Assembly (NCBI GenBank): GCA_030747115.1
Contig: JASLLH010000001.1
Coordinates: 1,734-65,733 of the forward strand
Origin: Arenicellales bacterium
GTDB taxonomy: Bacteria; Pseudomonadota; Gammaproteobacteria; Arenicellales; UBA868
DNA: 64,000 bases
Reading direction: 5' to 3'
Shown here: positions 51,899 to 58,986 of the stretch, one piece after another
How positions within the stretch are numbered: position 1 is the stretch's first letter
Layout of the letters: the number at the start of each line of letters is the position of its first letter
Notes under the pieces: model-generated
Seen by the model: the letters and a program-made list of their open reading frames with translations, nothing else
The model's database searches: none
What the model was told of the DNA's origin: nothing
Translations under genes and position numbers: made by a program

Positions 51899-51927
51899 TT
51901 GCGGGGGGGGTAACGAAATGCTATCAG
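51899..51927 (+). promoter_or_regulatory. Candidate sigma70-type promoter for the island operon (TTGCGG-17 nt-TATCAG)
   Basis: The -35-like TTGCGG is at 51899-51904, followed by a 17-nt spacer containing a G8 run. The -10-like TATCAG is at 51922-51927, 31 nt before the ATG at 51959. Both hexamers match the consensus only weakly. Confidence 0.25.
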
Positions 51928-51958
51928 TTCCTGACTTCCTGGCCGGAGGACATATGAG

Positions 51959-52498
51959 ATGGATATGTTAACAATCCCGGGTATCACGCCAGACCAACAA
52001 CTCACATTGATGGCCTGGGGGATAGGAGGATCCTTTATTGCATTGCTTTTGGCGGGAATGACGAATCGCGTAGTCATTTTTGCCAATGGTGGGGATCTCA
52101 TGTGGACGCTATCGATATTCCTTGCACCAATTGCGTCATTTGTGATCGCGGCGACTCTGGTTCCAGAGGGAAAGGAGTTTGAGGACGAGACTGTCGCGAT
52201 GGTTGTAATGGGTGTGGGGGGTGTGATTGCTGTCGTTGGGTGCTTAAAGACGATTTTCTCATCGATCAAGCACAACGGGTTAGTTCTCGGAATCATCGTC
52301 GCGATTTTCAAAATTCTGGCAGCAGTATTGGCTGCTGTTTGTGCAATAGGATTTCTTGGAAAAATCTTTGAGGACAACGCATCGTTTTCATCCAGAATGA
52401 TTGGATTGGTCTTTTTCGGCCTCCTGTTATGGGTGATGAGGAAATTGATCAATGGTGATGAAGTGCGGGCACGCCGCACAGAACTTAAGTCGGCATGA
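51959..52498 (+). CDS. Small polytopic inner-membrane protein, unknown family (island gene A)
   Basis: 179 aa with about 5 hydrophobic helices (LTLMAWGIGGSFIALLLAGM, LMWTLSIFLAPIASFVIAATLV, VAMVVMGVGGVIAVVGCL, LVLGIIVAIFKILAAVLAAVCAIGFLG, MIGLVFFGLLLWVM). An RBS GGAGGA lies 8 nt upstream. Confidence 0.6.
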   Translation: MDMLTIPGITPDQQLTLMAWGIGGSFIALLLAGMTNRVVIFANGGDLMWTLSIFLAPIASFVIAATLVPEGKEFEDETVAMVVMGVGGVIAVVGCLKTIFSSIKHNGLVLGIIVAIFKILAAVLAAVCAIGFLGKIFEDNASFSSRMIGLVFFGLLLWVMRKLINGDEVRARRTELKSA

Positions 52499-53169
52499 GG
52501 GGATATATTAGAGGGGGTGAAGGTCATATGAGATTAATTTATACGGTAATTGTTCGAGGCTTGTTGGTTGTGGTTTCGGCTGTTTTCCTGGTGCTGTCGG
52601 CCAACGCTGAGCAGTTCTACGTAGGCAACACGGTCTACAACGTCTGTATGAAGTTGCCTTTGCTTGAGACACCGGATAGAGATGCGGCGGTGATTGGTGT
52701 TATGGGCTACGGTGATTCTGCGCACGTCGCCTCAGTGCACGGCAGATATGAGCTTCCTGCATCCGATCCTTCGTCGGAAGCTTCCCAACGGGCAAGGCTG
52801 CCGGATCGGAACGAGGATGACCTGCTGCTCGAAACCCTGTTCCGGAGAGTGCGCTGGGCCGGTCTAACGGGAAAGGGTTATGCGAGCGCTAGTTGCCTTG
52901 TAAAGCAAGAACTATTCCCGAAACAGCAACCGGGACTGGCCCAGGAAAAAGTCGCAAAACTTAGCTCAAAAGTTGGCAAGCGTGGGTTTTCTGAAGAAGA
53001 GGAGGGCGATCTCGTAGCAATGCGCGGGGCGGCTGGAAAGGCCAAAAAGAAACCGGTAGCACAAAACCAGATCTCGAATGCTGGTTATCTTGAGGCATTT
53101 TTTATTGCATATAAATCTCAGGACAACACGGAGTTCAGACGTCAGGGCGGGCTTGGGGAGTTCAAGTAG
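52495..53169 (+). CDS. Secreted protein, possible SH3b-like N-terminal module, unknown function (island gene B)
   Basis: The ATG at 52495 overlaps the gene A stop (ATGA). An alternative ATG at 52528 gives a classical signal peptide, MRLIYTVIVRGLLVVVSAVFLVLSANA/EQ. The C-terminal part carries GAAGKAKKK. Confidence 0.6.
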   Translation: MRGYIRGGEGHMRLIYTVIVRGLLVVVSAVFLVLSANAEQFYVGNTVYNVCMKLPLLETPDRDAAVIGVMGYGDSAHVASVHGRYELPASDPSSEASQRARLPDRNEDDLLLETLFRRVRWAGLTGKGYASASCLVKQELFPKQQPGLAQEKVAKLSSKVGKRGFSEEEEGDLVAMRGAAGKAKKKPVAQNQISNAGYLEAFFIAYKSQDNTEFRRQGGLGEFK

Positions 53170-53252
53170 TGAAACTTCGCTTTAGACCGGCTTTTCGGTG
53201 CGGCCATTGGCGATGAGATCTAAAGGTTCGGATAAATGGGAGGATACAGAAC

Positions 53253-54911
53253 ATGAAGGTGTTTGATAAGCCTTGTGTATGGATAACGTTGATTGCTAAG
53301 TCAACTTTTACGGTATTGGTCTCCGGGATAACGGTTTCATCATTCGCGGGACCCGCTGATGATGAACAACTGCTGGGTTTATGGCAGAGTGACCATGGAT
53401 GTGTCGTGCATATCTTTGAAGATGAATCGGGCAGCCTTGCCGGTGCCGCCTGGGGCAAGGGCAAAGAAAGCGCAGAATTAATCATTGAGTTCTCTGGCGA
53501 TCGGCGGTTTGCATGGAAGCGCAAGACCAAGAAGTCGGGCTTTGGCGATGACGGCGAAGTGGATCCTAAGCGATCGGGCCGTTTCATCGTAGATCTTCAT
53601 GATCGGCAGGTTCTTCATAGCGATAATTGGCCCTGCTACCACCAACGCACTGGGCCTGCGGCAAAGTTCTCTCGGCTTTCACCTGCGAAAGCCTCAGGAC
53701 TTTCAGTGCCAGACTGGTACTCCGATACGCTTTCTCAGGTCATTGAAGGGGGTTCCGGTGTTGGCACTGCCAAGGCGAAATCGCAGCCGCAGGAAACGCA
53801 AGTTGCAGAGACTTCCCAACCCACTTCAGTAGCGCAATCCCTGCAGGGAGTCGCTCAAAACAATCAGGCAGAACAGACCTCCCAGAGCGGCGGCCTCGGT
53901 GGCTTATTTAACGCTTTGAACACCTTCAATCAGCAGATGCAGGAGCAGGTGGCGGGCCAGTTCCCGAATGCCGCGTCGAATCAGGGTCAGTCGTCTGCGT
54001 TGCCGAGCAATAGCACGGAGTCGGGTGGGCTCGCGGGTCTGTTTGGCGCTGCCGGCAAGAAAAAGAACAGGACGACAAGTCCATCCTCTGGCCAGGGGCA
54101 GTCATCTACCACTGGGCTGGGAGGATTGTTGTCGGGGTTGGCGACGGCGGATCAGCCATCATCGGGTTCAGATAGTGGGCCGCGCAATCTTGAGGAGTTC
54201 AGGGAACTGGTGACTATGGGGCCCGTTGATGCCCACTTTTTGGGCAAGACACTAGCTGAAGGAGAAATGTTAGGAAGTGCACCTGCTTTTCCGGTTACAG
54301 ATAGCAGAGTTCGCTATGTCCAGGCGATTTTGGACACTCTTGTTCGCTACAGCCGTACCCCATTCGTTTACCGGGAATATGTCGCGATGGTCTTGGACGA
54401 TGATGAAGAGATAAACGCCTTTGCCGCTCCCGGGGGATTCATGGCTGTCTACACCGGAATGCTGAACCTTTGTGAAAACGAGGATGAACTGGCGCTTGTT
54501 CTTGCGCATGAACTCGCTCACTCGGAGTTAGATCATGGGATTAGTGCAATCGTGCAGCAACAGAGTTCCAAATTCTTCGGAACATTTGCAGGAGGTATGA
54601 CAGGCAATGATCTGGTCGGGAACTTTGCAAATTCGCTCTATGATATCGGCGTAAAGGGCTACAATGTAGAGATTGAGGCTGAAGCGGATGAAAGAGCTCT
54701 GCTGATAGCAGAGCGGGCTGGTTATGATCCTAAATGGTACATGGGTGTGATGGAGAAGCTGCACACTTTCAAGGGTCATTATGGGGGTGAAGGATATCCG
54801 CCCAATCGTGCAGAGTTAATCCGACACCACTTGGGCAAAGTCTCGTATCTGGGGAGTACCGAGGCTTTTGCCGCACGAAGCGCGCGGTTTCATACTGTTT
54901 TCGGTCATTGA
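53253..54911 (+). CDS. Secreted M48-family zinc metalloprotease with N-terminal beta-rich module and long Q/S/G low-complexity linker (island gene C)
   Basis: 552 aa, with an RBS gggagga. The signal-like N-terminus is VWITLIAKSTFTVLVSGITVSSFA/GP. The M48 pattern is INAFAAPGGFMAVYTGML...DELALVLAHELAHSELDH (HELAH at 54507-54521), followed by EIEAEADERALLIAERAGYDP. Confidence 0.75.
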   Translation: MKVFDKPCVWITLIAKSTFTVLVSGITVSSFAGPADDEQLLGLWQSDHGCVVHIFEDESGSLAGAAWGKGKESAELIIEFSGDRRFAWKRKTKKSGFGDDGEVDPKRSGRFIVDLHDRQVLHSDNWPCYHQRTGPAAKFSRLSPAKASGLSVPDWYSDTLSQVIEGGSGVGTAKAKSQPQETQVAETSQPTSVAQSLQGVAQNNQAEQTSQSGGLGGLFNALNTFNQQMQEQVAGQFPNAASNQGQSSALPSNSTESGGLAGLFGAAGKKKNRTTSPSSGQGQSSTTGLGGLLSGLATADQPSSGSDSGPRNLEEFRELVTMGPVDAHFLGKTLAEGEMLGSAPAFPVTDSRVRYVQAILDTLVRYSRTPFVYREYVAMVLDDDEEINAFAAPGGFMAVYTGMLNLCENEDELALVLAHELAHSELDHGISAIVQQQSSKFFGTFAGGMTGNDLVGNFANSLYDIGVKGYNVEIEAEADERALLIAERAGYDPKWYMGVMEKLHTFKGHYGGEGYPPNRAELIRHHLGKVSYLGSTEAFAARSARFHTVFGH

Positions 54912-54936
54912 GATATCGAATTAGAAAACGTGACGA

Positions 54937-56778
54937 GTGATTGTCTTGGCCACTTCCCCCACAAACTCCTCCTCTAAAGAGCTCGAACAAACAGAACTTC
55001 TACAGCGTCAAGCGAAAGCCGTCGAACGGATTGCGCAACACCTGGCGCCCGAAGCCGAGGAAAAGAGAAGCGCTCGGCTCCGCCGGGTACTTACATGGGT
55101 AGCTACCCGGACCTTGCTTCTAGGCGGCTTACTTGTGGGAACCTGGGAATCTGCCCAATGGCTTTACCAAACGTGGGAGACTCGAAGCGCGGCACAGGAT
55201 TATGCGATCGTCGCTAGTGACCTCTTCTATAAAGAAAATAACCCAGAGGTTGCCCAAAAACTCTTAGAAGAGGCAATTGAACTCGACTCAGACAATTTCG
55301 ACTTCCGGTTTCTGCAGGCCTATATCGTAGGAATGGCGAGTGTCAGGACGTTGTTAAACCTGGATCGCCCCTATACAAAAGAAGAATTGGATCTCGCGCA
55401 TGAAGCTTTAGCAAAGGCATTATTTCTGGAGCGGCAGTCGCCAGGTAAACCCGAGTCCGAGATCTTAAGAGGGCAAATCTATGCGGCATTGTCGGACTAC
55501 CAACGGGCTCGGGAATCAATCCTGAGGGGAATTCAAAAAATCCCTGAATCCAACCTCCACGAAACTGAAGAGACTGGACCGTTGCGCGAGAAATTTAACG
55601 CGTCAGTGCTCTTTATTCTCGACCTAGTTGGCGGCGCAAAGTTAAAAGCCTTTACAGTCGATCTCTTCAAGATACCTCAAGAAGATAGCCCGCAAAACGC
55701 AAATTTTGCGTTCGCATATATCCGTCTAGCGCTAATTGAAAATCAGTTAACTGGTGTGGACTCTGCATACAGATATCTCGACAAAGCACTGACCTATGAG
55801 CCGAATTCAAAATGGGCTTTTCTGTGGAGGGGTGTATTCCAAGGCCAAGAAAAAAAGTGGACCGCGGCAAGAGAGCAATACGATCGTGCAATTGCCGTCG
55901 ATCCCAGATTTGACCTCGCTTATTACAACAAGGGATGGACATATCTCAAAGACACTGAGAAGAACTACGGCGCGGCGAGAGATATGTTTCAAAAAGCGTT
56001 GTCCATCAATCCCAACTACAAGGAGGCGTACTATGGTCTCGGCATGGTCTATGGATACCAGAACAAATATCAAGTTTCAAAGCGCTATCTGACTCGGGCC
56101 ATAAGTATCGATGATAAGTTTTTAAGCGGCTGGAAGTGGCGTGGGATCGTCAACGATGAACTCGGATTACTTGACGATGCATTGACAGATTTTTCTACGG
56201 CCATCTCACTGGATCCAGCCAACGAAGACCTCTATGTCCGGCGCGCACGAGTACTCAAGAAAAGGAAGCAGTATCAGGAATCTCTTGAGGACCTTCTGCT
56301 CGCAAAAGATTTTAATGCTAGCAACTATCGTATTCCCTTCTACACCGGCCAGGTGTTTGCTGAGTTAGGTCAGACGGCAAACGCTATTGAGGAGTTTGGC
56401 AATGCTCTCGAGTTGCGTCCCAACTATGGCGAGGCGTTAATTGGGCGCGCTGCGGTTTACGAGGCAATGCAGAACACCGAGCTCGCAATGCTCGACTACA
56501 ACGAGGCAGTCAGGCATGTGACGTATCGGCGAGAGCGTGTTCTGCACAAACGAGGAGAATTCTTGGCGCGGCAAAGCGATTACAACTCTGCATTAGCAGA
56601 TTTCCGTCTCGCTCGTGAGTTGAATCCGCGTTATGCCAGGTCATGGCTTGCTGAAGCTCAGACGTTGAATAAGTTGGGGGATTCCGAAGGAGCATATAGT
56701 GCAATAAACGAGTATTTGAAGCTTAGACCACAATCGGAAGAGGCTCAGGCGCTGAAGGAGAGCCTGCCCAAGCAATGA
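54937..56778 (+). CDS. Membrane-anchored tetratricopeptide-repeat protein (island gene D)
   Basis: 613 aa. A charged N-terminus of about 55 aa is followed by one TM (VLTWVATRTLLLGGLLVGTW) and then many TPR-like units (for example AIAVDPRFDLAYYNKGWTY, ALSINPNYKEAYYGLGMVY, ALELRPNYGEALIGRAAVY). There is no in-frame ATG near the 5-prime end, so a GTG at 54937 is assumed. Confidence 0.8.
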   Translation: MIVLATSPTNSSSKELEQTELLQRQAKAVERIAQHLAPEAEEKRSARLRRVLTWVATRTLLLGGLLVGTWESAQWLYQTWETRSAAQDYAIVASDLFYKENNPEVAQKLLEEAIELDSDNFDFRFLQAYIVGMASVRTLLNLDRPYTKEELDLAHEALAKALFLERQSPGKPESEILRGQIYAALSDYQRARESILRGIQKIPESNLHETEETGPLREKFNASVLFILDLVGGAKLKAFTVDLFKIPQEDSPQNANFAFAYIRLALIENQLTGVDSAYRYLDKALTYEPNSKWAFLWRGVFQGQEKKWTAAREQYDRAIAVDPRFDLAYYNKGWTYLKDTEKNYGAARDMFQKALSINPNYKEAYYGLGMVYGYQNKYQVSKRYLTRAISIDDKFLSGWKWRGIVNDELGLLDDALTDFSTAISLDPANEDLYVRRARVLKKRKQYQESLEDLLLAKDFNASNYRIPFYTGQVFAELGQTANAIEEFGNALELRPNYGEALIGRAAVYEAMQNTELAMLDYNEAVRHVTYRRERVLHKRGEFLARQSDYNSALADFRLARELNPRYARSWLAEAQTLNKLGDSEGAYSAINEYLKLRPQSEEAQALKESLPKQ

Positions 56779-58976
56779 GAAACTACCTGTATGTAAGTAG
56801 ATCGACATATATCACGGTCGTCCTTGCTTTCTTATTGTTGTGCCGACCGGGATTGGCGGATACGAAAAATCTTATCTCCATCATTGGAATTTACGAGGGT
56901 GAAATTGAATCCATCAATATGGTTCCGGTATCGACGGAGTTTTATCTGGATGACTCCACCCGCCTGATCGGCCGGTACAGGTATCAAGACCAGGGGGCTT
57001 GGGATTACGGCGAAATATTTAATATCCGAGCGACGTCGAATTGTTCAAACCTCTTGGGAACCCGCGGCGGGAGTACCAGTCAGGACAGCACGACAACTGG
57101 ACAAAATTCAATAGGTGTGTTTGGTGCTGCGGGTAAGAAGAAAAAAAAGAATAAGTCCCAAGGCGCTGCGAGTGACACAAGGGGAGAACTCTGTATCACA
57201 GGCATTTGGAGCGACAATTACGGGCAAGGGCAAGTAAGCCTCGTGTTCAGCCCGACCCGAGACTCTTTTAGCGGTTACTACAGAGCGAGTGCCGAAGATG
57301 AATGGGCTATCTGGCGGGGGGCAAGTATCTCAAGGAGTAACAGCCAAGCAAACACAAGGGTTACTATAGATACGGAGGTCAACATTCCTTCATCGGGAAA
57401 GACTGATGAATCATCGTCCGGCGAACAAACAATATATGAGCAATTCGAAATACGTGACGTCTATGGTGAAAGCGAGAGAGATGCGATCAGGACGGCCCTT
57501 GCATTCGCTGTAGAGCGCAAAGTCAATCAATTACAGGCATCTCGTTTCATTCTGGATTGGTTTAGTGCCAAGGCACTATATCTTGAGGACTTTAAAAAGG
57601 ATTACTTTACGCCTGATACGTTTACTTCATGTGTTCCAGCTACCGAAGGCCAGTACAAATGTTCGGTCAAAGGCAGCCTTAAGGTATTGGCGATTAGAGG
57701 TGATATTGAGCAGGCCGGCTCCAGTCAGTCTTTGCAGGAGCAATGGCGTGGTGAAATCGCCGAGTCCGTGGCTAGCTTGGTGAGGTCAACTTCAGATAGC
57801 CAAACGGTATTTCTCTCGGATGTAACAGATCAGTCTACAAGTAACTTGTTTTACCCGTTCTCGCGGAAGATAAGGGACGAGATCGGGGAGTCTATCCTGG
57901 AGAGAAATCATAAGCTAAGCCTCAATCCACTTGAGGCAGAACTGTTCTTGTTCGCGGGTTATGAAAAACGCGAATCGGGACTCGCGTTATCGCTTTCCCT
58001 TACCGCTTCTGCGACCAACCAAGAAGTTGCCAAGGAGTTGGTCACGATACCTTTTCCAAAATTACCAGAAGGGTGGGACCAGCGATCGATGAAGGATGTT
58101 GCCTATGAAATCGGGATGAAACTGCAGAAGGCCGTGTATCCCCAGAGAGTGAATTTCAGACGGCAGGGGATCGTAATTTCAGATCTCAAAGGTTCGATTA
58201 GTGAGTTTTCTTCAGCGTTGGAGGGATACCTTGCCCAAGAACTCGAAAGGCGAGATGCATTTATCCGTGTTCCAGAGGGGTCTGATGCGCCGGGATTCTT
58301 CAACGTTCAGGGTAGTTTCGAGAGACTTGGCGAGGAAGTGGCTTTGAACATTTCTTTTGTCCATCCGGAGTCCAAAGAGATTATAGGAAGTGCCCATAGT
58401 GTTATTCAGTTGAAAGATATCCCTTCGAACCTTCGCTTGACTCCTCATAACGAGGCTATTGCCGCGGAGGTAGTCGAATCTGCCGAGAGCAAAATCCCTG
58501 AAGGCCTGCAGGAGTCAATCCGACTATGGGTTAACCATTCTTCCAATCTCTATCGCGCCGACGATCGTCTGGTTGTGAGCGTTGAGGCGAGGAGGAACCT
58601 CTACCTAAGACTCTTCTATATCCAATCTGACGGCCTTATCTGTCAAATCTACCCCGCTGGGAATAACGGGGCTGGCTTTCTGCGGGCCGACCAGGTCTAT
58701 GAAGTTGGGGGAAAAAACGATGTGGTTGAGTTGGTGATCTCAGACGAGACGAAAGGGGAGGAAACGATAAAAGCGTTCGCGTCCCTGGGTCCTATTGAAG
58801 ATGCTTCCCTGCCAAAGGTATTCAACCATGAGGCAAATATGTCGTGTATGACTCAAGGGTACCGTCAACTGCAAAATGATTTGACTCGAGCATTAAAGCT
58901 CAAATTCAAGGTCCGCCCTGTGGCGGAACTGAAAATTCTAATTACGGAAAAAGATTTAACCGAGACCCGGTCTTAA
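56775..58976 (+). CDS. Secreted or lipoprotein-like multidomain protein with C-terminal DUF4384-like domain (island gene E)
   Basis: 733 aa. The ATG overlaps the gene D stop (ATGA). The signal peptide is ITVVLAFLLLCRPGLA/DT. The C-terminal LWVNHSSNLYRADDRLVVSVEARRNLYLRLFYIQSDGLICQIYPAGNNGAGFLRADQVYEV...ETIKAFAS fits my memory of the DUF4384 pattern. Confidence 0.65.
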   Translation: MRNYLYVSRSTYITVVLAFLLLCRPGLADTKNLISIIGIYEGEIESINMVPVSTEFYLDDSTRLIGRYRYQDQGAWDYGEIFNIRATSNCSNLLGTRGGSTSQDSTTTGQNSIGVFGAAGKKKKKNKSQGAASDTRGELCITGIWSDNYGQGQVSLVFSPTRDSFSGYYRASAEDEWAIWRGASISRSNSQANTRVTIDTEVNIPSSGKTDESSSGEQTIYEQFEIRDVYGESERDAIRTALAFAVERKVNQLQASRFILDWFSAKALYLEDFKKDYFTPDTFTSCVPATEGQYKCSVKGSLKVLAIRGDIEQAGSSQSLQEQWRGEIAESVASLVRSTSDSQTVFLSDVTDQSTSNLFYPFSRKIRDEIGESILERNHKLSLNPLEAELFLFAGYEKRESGLALSLSLTASATNQEVAKELVTIPFPKLPEGWDQRSMKDVAYEIGMKLQKAVYPQRVNFRRQGIVISDLKGSISEFSSALEGYLAQELERRDAFIRVPEGSDAPGFFNVQGSFERLGEEVALNISFVHPESKEIIGSAHSVIQLKDIPSNLRLTPHNEAIAAEVVESAESKIPEGLQESIRLWVNHSSNLYRADDRLVVSVEARRNLYLRLFYIQSDGLICQIYPAGNNGAGFLRADQVYEVGGKNDVVELVISDETKGEETIKAFASLGPIEDASLPKVFNHEANMSCMTQGYRQLQNDLTRALKLKFKVRPVAELKILITEKDLTETRS

Positions 58977-58986
58977 GGAAGCCATT

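Noticed and set aside
51456-51971. 171-aa plus-strand ORF at the island junction
   Set aside because: It has no RBS and no recognisable family. Its Ser/Arg/Cys-rich composition is odd. It runs through a region that looks like decayed DNA and overlaps the start of island gene A. I treated it as non-coding.
51883-52527. 214-aa minus-strand ORF
   Set aside because: It is antisense to island gene A, which has a good RBS, a clear TM pattern and ATGA coupling to gene B. The minus-strand translation is an Ile/Pro/Thr/Asn-rich mirror artefact.
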